A DNA stretch of 32,000 nt from positions 1,950,001 to 1,982,000 of the forward strand of contig NZ_CP032551.1 of the NCBI RefSeq assembly GCF_009734345.1, in the 5' to 3' direction. The notes under the pieces are model-generated. The model was not told where the DNA came from, made no database searches, and saw nothing but the letters and a program-made list of their open reading frames with translations. The stretch is from Pseudidiomarina andamanensis (GTDB lineage: Bacteria > Pseudomonadota > Gammaproteobacteria > Enterobacterales > Alteromonadaceae). A program made the position numbers and the translations under genes. Shown here in pieces: positions 16,728 through 26,371 of the stretch; the first letter of the stretch is position 1, and every line of letters starts with the position of its first letter.

Positions 16728-17210
16728 TTAGCGTCGCCATGAAGCTTCACAGTAATCTTCGTTGTAGTTAATTTCAAACTGACCATCGTAGGCCTGCTCT
16801 AAGGCATGACCGATTCGCTTCGGATGATGACTATCAGTAAATGTCAGTAAAGTTTCATCAACATCTGAACGCAAATCAATTAATCTGTTCATAGGGTGCT
16901 GTTTGGTTTCATCTTCGATGACATGCCGAATAAGCCCGAGAATTTCATCTCGGTGCTCCTGGAAAAAATCACCGGAAAGTTTCAAGCTGCCATTCGACTG
17001 GCCATTTTGTATGAGTTCGCAAGCAGGACAAATCACTTCGGCGGCGTCTGCTTTTGGCTGTTGAAGCCACTGCCAGCGAGAGTTTTGATAGACAACACCA
17101 CACTGTGAACACACTGACGGACTTTTTAACTTATGTGGTGATAGTTTAGGTTGCCAGACACCGCGCTGACCAAGCGTTTTTTGCGGATCTTTAGGGAATT
17201 GAGAGCTCAT
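16728..17210 (-). CDS. Zn-ribbon protein, BCAM0308-like / NMD3-related family (function unknown)
   Basis: 160 aa. CSQCG-X25-CPAC four-Cys ribbon, then LSGDFFQEHRDEILGLIRHV..E....HPMNRL and a C-terminal ...ASWRR. The family name is recalled, not verified. Strong GAGGAGG RBS. Confidence 0.5.
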   Translation of the reverse strand: MSSQFPKDPQKTLGQRGVWQPKLSPHKLKSPSVCSQCGVVYQNSRWQWLQQPKADAAEVICPACELIQNGQSNGSLKLSGDFFQEHRDEILGLIRHVIEDETKQHPMNRLIDLRSDVDETLLTFTDSHHPKRIGHALEQAYDGQFEINYNEDYCEASWRR

Positions 17211-17438
17211 GGTTGACCTCCTCGGGACAGCTCGTTTTTTAGGCTGTACCAGTAAGCCATCGAAGTATAGTTAGCGTTTAATCAACTGTCTAACCAACCT
17301 TCTAACCAAATATACGAAAAGAATGCGCGACGACAACAATGCGTTGAATCACATGATGTTTGCGATTGGGGAAATTAGCCGTTTGCGAAACTGTGTTAAC
17401 TTGATAACAACATCTATAACAACGAAAAGGCATTGTTT

Positions 17439-19865
17439 ATGAACAAACCTTCTGCATTAAATGCATTGGTTCTGGCGTTGGGGCTTGGCTCATTTTTATT
17501 GAGTTCAGCAGCTCATGCGAACCCTGTAAAAATTGATTATCAGCAACCAACTCAAGCCCTCATTGATATTGTTGATGCGGCACCGTCACCAGGCGGAAGC
17601 TTGAGCCCTAATGGTGACTTGTTGATGGTAATGAATTATCCGTCGCTCCCAACAATCGCTGATGTTGCCGCTGACGAATTAAAACTGGCTGGACGTCGCA
17701 TTAACCCAGCTAACTATACGGTGAGCCAAGCGCGATACATTAGTTCGTTAACGTTCGTTGATGTAGCTTCAGGCGAGAATCTGCGTATTAAGGGTTTGCC
17801 GGAACAGCTGAAAATTATTGGCGCTAGCTGGGCACCGAACGGTGAGTATGTGGCGTTTGCACAAATGAATGCCGAAAATGTTGAACTCTGGCTTGTTGAT
17901 GTTGAAAAGACGCGCGCCAAACGTTTAACGAAACAGTCTTTGAATGCCGTGTGGGGTCCGATGTTAGAGTGGCGTCATGACAGCGAAGGTTTATACACTT
18001 ATACCGTAGCCGAAGGCTTGAAAAAGCCGGCACTGAGGACAGTACCGACTGGCCCTGTCATCACTGAAAGCATGGGGCGCACAGCACCAGGGCGCACGTA
18101 TCAAGACTTACTACAAAACAAGCAAGATGAATTGCTGTTTGATTATTACTTTACCAGCCAGATTAGTTATGTTGGCGTGAATGGTCGCACGAAAGAAGTT
18201 GGTGAGCCGGCTATTTATCGCAGTGTAAGTACCTCGCCAAGCGATGAGTTTTTGCTGGTTGCGAATATTGAACGTCCATATTCTTATGCGGTGCCTTGGT
18301 ATCGCTTCCCAGTCACAACAACGGTTTGGAATACCAGCGGCAAAACGGTTTACACCGTTGCTGAGCAACCGTTAGCAGATAACTTACCGATCGCTTTTGA
18401 CGCCGTTGAACAAGGACGCCGCTCGATTAGCTGGCGCAACGACGCGGATGCTACTTTAGTTTGGGCTGAAGCCGCCGACCAAGGTGACCCAGCTGTTAAA
18501 ACTGAAATTCGTGACCGTGTTTTCCAACAAGCTGCGCCGTTTAACGAAGCGCCACAAAAACTACTCGATTTAAGTAAGCGGTACTCGCGTTTGTTGGCTG
18601 CTGATGCTGACACCATGTTGGTGTGGGAACGTTGGTGGGCAGATCGCGATGAGAAGCTGTGGTTAGTCGATAGCACCGGCAAAACTGAGCCAAAACTTGT
18701 TTGGGAACGCTCGTGGGAAGATCGCTACAACGATCCAGGTCAGCCGTTCACCGTGCGACGCGATGGCCGTACGTTATTGTATGTTGATGGTGACAATGTA
18801 TTGCTAAGAGGCACAGGCGCATCTGATGAAGGCGATCGTCCATTTGTGGACAGCTACAGCCTAGCAACTGGTAAGAGCAAGCGCTTGTGGCGCAGTGAAG
18901 CACCATACTTTGAGCAGCCGCGCGATATCATTGATGCCGAAGAGCTTACGTTCTTAATGCAACGTGAAGGTGTTGATGACCCAGCAGACTTCTTTGTTCG
19001 AGATTTAGATGATAACGAGCTTCGCGCTCTAACAGAAACGCCACACCCAATGCCGCACACAATAGGCATTACACGCGAGTTAATAACTTACGAGCGTGAA
19101 GATGGCTTGCCAATGTCGGCTGAGCTGTATTTACCAGCTGGTTATGACAAAGAGCGTGATGGCGCTCTACCAACAATGGTTTGGGCTTACCCGCGCGAAT
19201 ACAAGAGTTCTGCCGCAGCAGCGCAGGTTTCGGGTTCACCTTATGAATTCGTTCGTATCAGTTATTGGGGGCCGCAATACCTTGCTACCCAAGGCTATGC
19301 CGTGCTTGATAGCGCCACCATGCCAATTGTCGGTGAGGGCGATAAGCAACCGAATGATACCTTCATTGAGCAGCTAGTGATGAACGGAAAGGCGGCGATT
19401 AAAGCGGGTGTTGATCTGGGCGTCACTGATCCTGAACGTGTTGCGCTTGGCGGGCACTCTTATGGTGCCTTTATGACTGCGAATATGCTGGCGCATAGTG
19501 ATTTGTTCACAACAGGTATTGCTCGAAGTGGTGCGTATAACCGAAGCTTGACGCCATTTGGCTTCCAGCGTGAAGAACGTACTGTGTGGGATGACTCTGA
19601 TTTGTACATTCGCATGTCACCGTTTTTCCATGCGCATAAAATCAACGAACCACTATTGATGATTCATGGGTCAAACGATAACAACTCGGGCACCTTCCCA
19701 ATGCAGTCTGAGCGTTTATATCAAGCTATTAAAGGCTTAGGTGGTAGTTCGCGTTTGGTGATGTTACCGCATGAGTCGCATGGATATCGTGCGCGCGAGT
19801 CAATTCTGCATATGCTGTGGGAACAAACTCGCTGGCTCGACACCTACTTAAAAGAAGAAAAATAA
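17439..19865 (+). CDS. S9-family serine peptidase with large N-terminal beta-propeller region (glutamyl-endopeptidase-like), signal peptide
   Basis: ATG 17439; the track starts at TTG 17433. MNKPSALNALVLALGLGSFLLSSAAHA is a signal peptide. The C-terminal alpha/beta hydrolase has GGHSYGAFM (nucleophile elbow), HGSNDNN and PHESHGY (the Asp and His regions). Confidence 0.85.
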   Translation: MNKPSALNALVLALGLGSFLLSSAAHANPVKIDYQQPTQALIDIVDAAPSPGGSLSPNGDLLMVMNYPSLPTIADVAADELKLAGRRINPANYTVSQARYISSLTFVDVASGENLRIKGLPEQLKIIGASWAPNGEYVAFAQMNAENVELWLVDVEKTRAKRLTKQSLNAVWGPMLEWRHDSEGLYTYTVAEGLKKPALRTVPTGPVITESMGRTAPGRTYQDLLQNKQDELLFDYYFTSQISYVGVNGRTKEVGEPAIYRSVSTSPSDEFLLVANIERPYSYAVPWYRFPVTTTVWNTSGKTVYTVAEQPLADNLPIAFDAVEQGRRSISWRNDADATLVWAEAADQGDPAVKTEIRDRVFQQAAPFNEAPQKLLDLSKRYSRLLAADADTMLVWERWWADRDEKLWLVDSTGKTEPKLVWERSWEDRYNDPGQPFTVRRDGRTLLYVDGDNVLLRGTGASDEGDRPFVDSYSLATGKSKRLWRSEAPYFEQPRDIIDAEELTFLMQREGVDDPADFFVRDLDDNELRALTETPHPMPHTIGITRELITYEREDGLPMSAELYLPAGYDKERDGALPTMVWAYPREYKSSAAAAQVSGSPYEFVRISYWGPQYLATQGYAVLDSATMPIVGEGDKQPNDTFIEQLVMNGKAAIKAGVDLGVTDPERVALGGHSYGAFMTANMLAHSDLFTTGIARSGAYNRSLTPFGFQREERTVWDDSDLYIRMSPFFHAHKINEPLLMIHGSNDNNSGTFPMQSERLYQAIKGLGGSSRLVMLPHESHGYRARESILHMLWEQTRWLDTYLKEEK

Positions 19866-19885
19866 AATTTAATCTTCGGTAATTT

Positions 19886-19923
19886 AAAAACCCCAATAAT
19901 TGCAACGTTATAGGGGTTTTTTG
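19886..19923. terminator. bidirectional rho-independent terminator between the S9 peptidase gene and benE
   Basis: AAAAA-CCCCAATAA-loop-TTATAGGGG-TTTTTT. The stem is 8 bp with one internal mismatch. An A-run precedes it and a T-run follows. Confidence 0.6.
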
Positions 19924-19928
19924 ATGAA

Positions 19929-21098
19929 TTATTTTCCCGCCTGTTTTGCTTTGATGTGCTGGGCAAGATAGAACGCCAGAATGCCAATCAGTAACCCCCA
20001 GAACGAGCTATTAATTCCGAAAAAATGTGTCCCGGATGCGGTGGTTAAGAAAGCCAAAACAGGCGGCAGTTGATTATTTGCGTCACTGAAAGCTTTGAAC
20101 ATGTTCGTGCTTAACACCGGGAGTAACGCTAGGCCGGCGATGGTGGCAGTGACGGCAGCAGGCAACATCAGAAACAGCCCAACAATCGCTGAACTTGCTA
20201 AGCCAGCCAGGAGGTAAAAAATACCGCCGGCCACGGCTGCTTTGTAACGTTGAGAGCTATCCGGGTCAACCTCGGGTGACTGGCAAATAGCAGCGGTAAT
20301 TGCTGCGAGATTAATTGCAAAAGCGCCCAACGGAGCGAGAATTAAACCAGCTAAACCGGTGGATGTAAGAAGTGGCGACATGGGCGGCGTATAACCGTTG
20401 TTGCGCAGCATCATAATTCCCGGAAGGTTCTGCGATACCATCGTCACGACAAATAATGGTATACCAACCCCAATCATTAATGCCAAATCAAACTCGGGCC
20501 AAACCCAAACCCATGCCGGCATCGAAAATGACAGCTGGGAAAAATCGAGATCTTGCATGAAGGCAGGTAACCCTACAGCGAGCAAGAGCACCCAGAAGAA
20601 TACAAACCGAGGCGTGAAATAACGCAGCACAAAGAATGCAATCACAAGCGAACCGGCGATAATCGGCTGCTCATAAACTGCCGGCATGACTGCCAATACA
20701 AACTTCAACAAAATACCGGCGAGAATCGCCGCAGCTACCGATACCGGAATGTATTTAATCAGGCGATCTGAAATGCCGCTTAAGCCAAACAAGGCAATAA
20801 GCGCAGATGAGAAAATAAAAATACCAACCGCTTGCGAGAGCGATACACCTTGAAGTGCCACGATGAGTAGAGCGATTCCTGGCGTCGACCACGCTGTAAA
20901 AATTGGCGCCTTATAACGTAAGGACAAGACAATACTGGTGATACCCATAGCGAGGCCGAGTGCAAGTAGCCACGAACTTTGCACATCTGGTGAGCCATTA
21001 AGCGTTTTCACCGCTTCAAGTATCAAGACCACAGCACTGCTATAACCAACAAATACTGCTGTAGCGCCGGCAGAGATGTGTGATAGAGAGAGTTTCAT
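19929..21098 (-). CDS. benE: BenE-family benzoate/H+ symporter-like transporter
   Basis: 389 aa, polytopic. The N-terminal ISAGATAVFVGYSSAVVLILEA matches the BenE/YdcO family start. Substrate was not inferred. Confidence 0.8.
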   Translation of the reverse strand: MKLSLSHISAGATAVFVGYSSAVVLILEAVKTLNGSPDVQSSWLLALGLAMGITSIVLSLRYKAPIFTAWSTPGIALLIVALQGVSLSQAVGIFIFSSALIALFGLSGISDRLIKYIPVSVAAAILAGILLKFVLAVMPAVYEQPIIAGSLVIAFFVLRYFTPRFVFFWVLLLAVGLPAFMQDLDFSQLSFSMPAWVWVWPEFDLALMIGVGIPLFVVTMVSQNLPGIMMLRNNGYTPPMSPLLTSTGLAGLILAPLGAFAINLAAITAAICQSPEVDPDSSQRYKAAVAGGIFYLLAGLASSAIVGLFLMLPAAVTATIAGLALLPVLSTNMFKAFSDANNQLPPVLAFLTTASGTHFFGINSSFWGLLIGILAFYLAQHIKAKQAGK

Positions 21099-21359
21099 CT
21101 GACTGCTTCCATTAAAACAAATGTTTTAAATCATATGTTTAATATAAATTCAATATAAAGTTAATAGGGTGATATAAATTATTCGATATTAGATATATCA
21201 AATGATATTTGCCTAAATTTAACAATGTTAATATAACTTCTCTCCTGAAGTTCTTCTGGAGCTCTGAATGAATAGAGATGCTGCTATATAAGAGCGGTTT
21301 TATCGGCGATCTAATTCATGTCTGATGCAAATATAACACTATCTAAGAAAGGTAAAACC

Positions 21360-22349
21360 ATGAAATCAGCTATGAAAAGGCTATCAATCATCGCCGTGGC
21401 AGCAATAAGCATGCAGGCCGCTCAAGCAAATACCAATGTTTACACCAGTGACTCTTCAGTTACCGCTTGGGATCCTATATTCCCATCAGCTGCTATTGTT
21501 GATTGGCCAACTCAAGCGTGTTCAGTGAATCCTGCTGTCAATCTTTCAGCTAATTGGCAGAATCCACATGCCAGTTTTTCGTTTGGAACCAATGCCCACC
21601 CATGGCAGCCAGGTTCGGGCTTAAACGCATCTTGGATTAACGCCTGGAGCGACTTGAACTCTCGCGGACCTCAAGGTCATAGCTGGACACGCTACACGAC
21701 GGAAGTCACCGGAAACGGTCAGTTTTTGCTGAACTTGTTGGCAGATAACTGCTCGTGGATTTACGTGGATGGAACGTTAGTAGGTTTCCAAGCAGCGACT
21801 TCGGTGCCATCTAAATATCCAGTCAACTTGGACGGCACGCACACACTCGATTTTCTTATTTTTGATGGTGGCGGTTTAGCGGGTGGTATGTTCCAGCTAG
21901 AAACAAACACAACCGTGGTATTTGCCGATACTGATGATGATGGTTTAACCGATGCTGAAGAAGTTCTCACGGAGACCGATCCATTAAATCCTGATAGCGA
22001 TGGCGATGGTTTTAATGATGGTGAGGAAGTTACAGCAGGTACTAATCCAAATGACGGGAATGATTTCCCAGTCGTTGACGCTGACGGCGACGGCATCTTT
22101 GATACCGATGACAGCTGTCCAGCAACAGCTGATGGCGCAACAGTTGATCAATTTGGGTGTTCTGGAACCCAGAATGTCGCCAATCTTTGCGCATGTGATT
22201 CTGACTGGAAAAATCACGGTCAATACGTAAGCTGTGTGGCTCACGCTAAAAATGACCAAGTGAATATTGGGTTACTGACGCAGGATGAAGGTACGGAACT
22301 TATAAAAGCGGCGGCTAAAAGTTCTTGTGGTAAAAAAGCTAAGAAGTAA
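21360..22349 (+). CDS. secreted protein: unassigned N-terminal domain, three thrombospondin-type-3-like Ca-binding repeats, Cys-rich C-terminal domain
   Basis: ATG 21360 follows AAAGG-N7 and gives the signal peptide MKSAMKRLSIIAVAAISMQAAQA; the track starts at 21318. Repeats are DTDDDGLTDAEE, DSDGDGFNDGEE and DADGDGIFDTDDSCP. The C-terminus is CACDSDWKNHGQYVSCVAH...AAAKSSCGKK. Confidence 0.7.
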   Translation: MKSAMKRLSIIAVAAISMQAAQANTNVYTSDSSVTAWDPIFPSAAIVDWPTQACSVNPAVNLSANWQNPHASFSFGTNAHPWQPGSGLNASWINAWSDLNSRGPQGHSWTRYTTEVTGNGQFLLNLLADNCSWIYVDGTLVGFQAATSVPSKYPVNLDGTHTLDFLIFDGGGLAGGMFQLETNTTVVFADTDDDGLTDAEEVLTETDPLNPDSDGDGFNDGEEVTAGTNPNDGNDFPVVDADGDGIFDTDDSCPATADGATVDQFGCSGTQNVANLCACDSDWKNHGQYVSCVAHAKNDQVNIGLLTQDEGTELIKAAAKSSCGKKAKK

Positions 22350-22379
22350 TTCACATTTGCTGTGAGTTTAAATTTTTTC

Positions 22380-22413
22380 ATCCGCAACACGCTCTCGTGT
22401 TGCGGATTTTTTT
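22380..22413 (+). terminator. rho-independent terminator
   Basis: ATCCGCAACACG-CTCT-CGTGTTGCGGAT forms a perfect 12-bp stem. It is followed by TTTTTTT. Confidence 0.88.
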
Positions 22414-22482
22414 ATGTGCTTTGCCACCGATCAACTAAATTAATAGCGACATAACCTTTGCTATTCGTATCGGGTGGCGCTC

Positions 22483-23145
22483 ATGAAACTTCCATTTAAA
22501 AATCGTCGAGAAGCTGGGGAGCAACTAGCTAGCGAATTAACATCGATGATCGGTCTCACCAATGTTCTTGTCTTGGCACTGCCGCGTGGCGGTGTTCCTG
22601 TAGCCGAGCCGATTGCGCAATGTCTCGGCGCACCACTTTCCGTTTTGCTTGTTCGAAAATTGGGTGTTCCTGGTCAACCCGAAGTGGCAATGGGCGCAAT
22701 TTCGGAAAACGGTGTGCGTGTTCTTAACAAAGATATCGTTGACACGTTTGCAATAGACGCCCGTGAAATTGCGCGTATTGAGCAACGTGAGCGCCAGGAA
22801 CTAGAGCGACGTCAGCAACTATATCGCTCGGGAAATCCACTCCCCGAGGTTACTGGTAAAACGGTCATTTTAGTTGATGATGGGCTGGCGACAGGAGCAA
22901 CGATGAAGGCAGCGGTTGAAGTTCTCAAACGAGAGAAAGTCGGCACTATCGTGGTAGCAGTTCCCGTTGCCGCCCGCGAAACCGCACTAGAAATACGAAG
23001 TGCAATTGATCAGTTGATTTGTTTAGCGCAGCCGCATCCGTTGGAGGCTATCGGCTATTGGTATCTCGACTTTGCACAAGTCAATGACGAAGAGGTTTTA
23101 GATATTATGCTTCGCCATTCATCTAAATTCGGAAGCGTGACGTAA
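22483..23145 (+). CDS. phosphoribosyltransferase-family protein (type I PRTase fold)
   Basis: ATG 22483; the track starts at GTG 22474. VILVDDGLATGATMKAAV is the PRPP-binding loop. FKNRREAGEQLA..L and LALPRGGVPVA are typical of the standalone predicted PRTase group. Confidence 0.8.
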   Translation: MKLPFKNRREAGEQLASELTSMIGLTNVLVLALPRGGVPVAEPIAQCLGAPLSVLLVRKLGVPGQPEVAMGAISENGVRVLNKDIVDTFAIDAREIARIEQRERQELERRQQLYRSGNPLPEVTGKTVILVDDGLATGATMKAAVEVLKREKVGTIVVAVPVAARETALEIRSAIDQLICLAQPHPLEAIGYWYLDFAQVNDEEVLDIMLRHSSKFGSVT

Positions 23146-23186
23146 AAAGTATCAAGTAAACCTTAGATTGAAAGACTGCTAATTAA

Positions 23187-23444
23187 ATGACACGTATGAA
23201 ATTTCCTGAAGCTGAGTTATCTCGTATTATTGAAATGGCATGGGAAGATCGCACGCCGTTTGAAGCGATTTCTGCGCTATACGGGCTTAGTGAGGCTCAA
23301 GTTATTGCGCTTATGCGGCGTGAATTAAAACCGACTTCGTTTCGCCTTTGGCGTCAACGAGTGAATGGTCGAGTCACGAAGCATCTGCAACGTCGCGATC
23401 CAAAAGTTTCACGTGCGTACTGTCCAACGCAATACAAGCGCTAA
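23187..23444 (+). CDS. TIGR03643/DUF2805-family small protein
   Basis: 85 aa. IIEMAWEDRTPFEAI...GLSEAQVIALMRRELKP.SFRLWRQRVNGRVTKH is the family signature as I recall it. Confidence 0.82.
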   Translation: MTRMKFPEAELSRIIEMAWEDRTPFEAISALYGLSEAQVIALMRRELKPTSFRLWRQRVNGRVTKHLQRRDPKVSRAYCPTQYKR

Positions 23445-23532
23445 CTTTATTTGCTGAAACCGCAAACTTCCTTTGTGTTTTTCCTTCAAACCACGTAGAT
23501 TACGCGCCTATTTTTTGTTCGGGTGTTAAAAC

Positions 23533-25125
23533 GTGATTTCTGCTGCAAATATCACCATGCAATTTGGTGCAAAACCTCTTTTTGAAAACATTTCTGTTAA
23601 GTTCGGCGAAGGTAATCGCTATGGTTTGATTGGCGCAAACGGCTGCGGCAAGTCAACCTTCATGCGTATTCTAAGTGGCGAGCAAGAGCCATCAGCCGGA
23701 AACGTTTCTATTGAACCAAATATGCGCGTGGGTAAATTGCGCCAAGATCAGTTTGCCTATGAGCAATACAGTGTCATTGATACGGTGATTATGGGTCATG
23801 AAGAATTATGGCAAGTAAAAGCCGAACGCGATCGCATTTATGGCATGGCAGAAATGAGTGAAGAAGATGGCATGCGAGTGGCTGATCTTGAAGTTGCCTT
23901 TGCTGAAATGGATGGTTACACCGCAGAATCGCGCGCCGGTGAGCTGCTGTTAGGCGTTGGCATTCCGCTGGAGTCTCATTTTGGCTTAATGAGCGAGATT
24001 GCACCGGGCTTAAAGCTACGTGTGTTATTGGCGCAGGTATTGTTCTCTGATCCAGACATCATGTTGCTTGATGAACCGACGAACAACTTGGATATCAACA
24101 CCATTCGTTGGCTTGAAAACATTTTGAACGACCGTCAAGCCACCATGATCATTATTTCGCATGACCGTCACTTCTTAAACAGCGTGTGTACGCATATGGC
24201 GGATATTGATTATGGTGAACTGCGCGTTTATCCGGGCAACTATGATCAATATATGTTTGCTGCCACACAGGCTCGTGAGCAATTACTCAATGACAATGCG
24301 AAAAAGAAAGAGAAGATTGCCGAATTACAGCAATTTGTGAGTCGCTTCTCGGCAAACGCCTCGAAGGCAAAGCAAGCCACGTCACGTGCAAAGCAAATTG
24401 AGAAAATTCAGCTTGCCGAGGTGAAAGCGTCAAGCCGTGTTAGCCCATTTATTCGCTTCGAACAAGAGAAGAAGCTCTATCGATTAGCGCTTGAAATGGA
24501 AGGCGTCAGCAAATCATTCGACGAACTACAGGTGCTTCGTAATTTGAGCGCCATGATTGAAGTCGGCGAAAAAGTCGCAATACTCGGTGCCAATGGTATC
24601 GGCAAAACCACGTTGCTCAAGTGCTTGGTTGGGCAACATCAAGCTGATAGCGGCATGATTAAGTGGTCTGAAAACGCCAATATTGGTTATTACGCGCAGG
24701 ACCATGCCGATTGGTTTAAAGAAAAAATCACTGTATTTGACTGGATGAGTCAGTGGAAGCAACCGCACCATGATGAACAAGCGGTGCGTGGCGTATTGGG
24801 GCGCATGCTGTTCTCTCAGGATGACATTAAAAAGCCCGTCACGATTTTATCGGGTGGCGAAAAGGGCCGCATGATTTTCGGAAAGCTGATTATGCAGCGT
24901 CCGAATATTTTGATCATGGATGAGCCGACTAACCACTTAGATATGGAATCGATCGAAGCATTGAACCTTGCTCTCGAGCATTACGACGGTACGTTACTGT
25001 TCGTGAGTCACGACCGTGAATTTGTGTCATCGCTTGCCACGCGCATCATCGAGCTTACCGAGAACGGTATGCGAGATTTCTCCGGCACTTATGACGACTA
25101 TTTGCGCCAGCTAGCTGTTGATTAA
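23533..25125 (+). CDS. ybiT: ABC-F family ATPase YbiT
   Basis: 530 aa, GTG start. Collinear with E. coli YbiT from memory: [86 protein letters not shown], second cassette [34 protein letters not shown]. Confidence 0.93.
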   Translation: MISAANITMQFGAKPLFENISVKFGEGNRYGLIGANGCGKSTFMRILSGEQEPSAGNVSIEPNMRVGKLRQDQFAYEQYSVIDTVIMGHEELWQVKAERDRIYGMAEMSEEDGMRVADLEVAFAEMDGYTAESRAGELLLGVGIPLESHFGLMSEIAPGLKLRVLLAQVLFSDPDIMLLDEPTNNLDINTIRWLENILNDRQATMIIISHDRHFLNSVCTHMADIDYGELRVYPGNYDQYMFAATQAREQLLNDNAKKKEKIAELQQFVSRFSANASKAKQATSRAKQIEKIQLAEVKASSRVSPFIRFEQEKKLYRLALEMEGVSKSFDELQVLRNLSAMIEVGEKVAILGANGIGKTTLLKCLVGQHQADSGMIKWSENANIGYYAQDHADWFKEKITVFDWMSQWKQPHHDEQAVRGVLGRMLFSQDDIKKPVTILSGGEKGRMIFGKLIMQRPNILIMDEPTNHLDMESIEALNLALEHYDGTLLFVSHDREFVSSLATRIIELTENGMRDFSGTYDDYLRQLAVD

Positions 25126-25177
25126 AAAGTTGCAGCGCATTAACGTTAATAAATTCTGAAGTTATGAAGGCAGAACA

Positions 25178-26257
25178 ATGAAAAAATTAACGAGCGTTGC
25201 AGTTTTTCTCTCTTTGGGGTTGATTGGACAAGTACAAGCCAGTACCGAGAGTTCGCATGAATTAACACTCACAGAAGCCGATAAATTGGTCACGTTGCCG
25301 CTACACTGTGTTGAAACACCGTATCCTTACAAAACAGGGATTGTGCTCGGTAGCGCGGAAGATTTAAAAGAACCTTCACAACATCACCCAATATTTTATG
25401 GGTGTTTCGATTGGCACAGCGCCGCGCACGGTTATTGGTCGTTGGTAACTTTGCTTCGCCAGTTTCCAGACATGGCGCATGCCGAGCAAGCTCGCGAAGT
25501 ATTAAAGCGCAATATCACCAACGAGAATGGCCTGCGCGAAGCGGAATTTTTCAGCAAAGACATCAATAAAGCTTTTGAACGCACGTATGGTTGGGCCTGG
25601 TTACTTAAGTTGGCCGATGAACTCAAAGCTTGGGATGACCCGATGGCGGCGGAACTCTCTGCTAACTTGCAGCCACTTGTTGATGTGATTGTGCAACGCT
25701 ACATGGAATTTTTGCCACAATTGCTTTACCCAGTTCGTGTCGGTGAACACACGAATACTGCATTTGGCCTGAGTTTCGCCTATGACTATGCGGTGAATCA
25801 TGAGTTAACAGAACTTGAGCAACTTATTGAAACACGAGCAAAAGCTTATTTTCTTACCGATAAAAATTGCCCGATTAGTTGGGAACCAAGTGGGTATGAT
25901 TTCATTTCGCCATGCTTAGAAGAAATTGGCTTGATGCAGCGCGTTTTACCAAAGAACGAGTTCTTGCCTTGGTTATCTGATTTTATGCCGCAGCTCGCCG
26001 ATAAAAATTATCAGCTTGAGGTAGGTAAAGTTAGTGACCGTAGTGACGGCAAACTGGTTCATCTTGATGGCCTAAACTTCAGCCGCGCTTGGAATCTATA
26101 CGCACTAGCGAATGCCTTTCCACAGTACGAACACCTTCGTAACGTAGCGGATAAACACATCGCTTATTCATATCCAAACTTAATTGGCGATAGTTACGAA
26201 GGCGGGCACTGGCTGGGTAGTTTTGCTATTCAGGCACTGAACCAATCGAAAGATTAA
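25178..26257 (+). CDS. DUF2891-family protein with signal peptide
   Basis: 359 aa. MKKLTSVAVFLSLGLIGQVQA is a signal peptide. HHPIFYGCFDWHSAAHGYWSLVTLLR and TYGWAWLLKL match my recollection of DUF2891. Confidence 0.7.
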   Translation: MKKLTSVAVFLSLGLIGQVQASTESSHELTLTEADKLVTLPLHCVETPYPYKTGIVLGSAEDLKEPSQHHPIFYGCFDWHSAAHGYWSLVTLLRQFPDMAHAEQAREVLKRNITNENGLREAEFFSKDINKAFERTYGWAWLLKLADELKAWDDPMAAELSANLQPLVDVIVQRYMEFLPQLLYPVRVGEHTNTAFGLSFAYDYAVNHELTELEQLIETRAKAYFLTDKNCPISWEPSGYDFISPCLEEIGLMQRVLPKNEFLPWLSDFMPQLADKNYQLEVGKVSDRSDGKLVHLDGLNFSRAWNLYALANAFPQYEHLRNVADKHIAYSYPNLIGDSYEGGHWLGSFAIQALNQSKD

Positions 26258-26343
26258 CAAGCGTTTATAATTGGTGGCTATAGCGAAACAATCTAACTTA
26301 GAAAGATTCGTTCGTTCATAAATTAAACGCAACAACATATATT

Positions 26344-26371
26344 GAGCGCCAAGACCTGATAGGAGGCGCTC
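26344..26371 (+). promoter_or_regulatory. hairpin occluding the RBS of the 2OG-Fe(II) oxygenase gene
   Basis: GAGCGCC (26344-26350), a 14-nt loop ending in AGGA, then GGCGCTC (26365-26371), immediately followed by ATG 26372. The SD AGGAGG spans the loop/3'-arm boundary. The stem has 7 bp, 6 of them G:C. Confidence 0.4.

Noticed and set aside
21761-22259. Three 76-111-aa ORFs on both strands within the thrombospondin-repeat gene.
   Set aside because: They are low-complexity translations (P/S/T-rich) of the GAT/GGT-rich repeat region in the wrong frames. The sense frame gives canonical D.D.DG repeats and a signal peptide.
25139-25150. Perfect 12-bp palindrome ATTAACGTTAAT between ybiT and the DUF2891 gene.
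   Set aside because: About 8 perfect 12-bp palindromes are expected by chance in 32 kb. It is AT-rich and has no second copy or supporting context.
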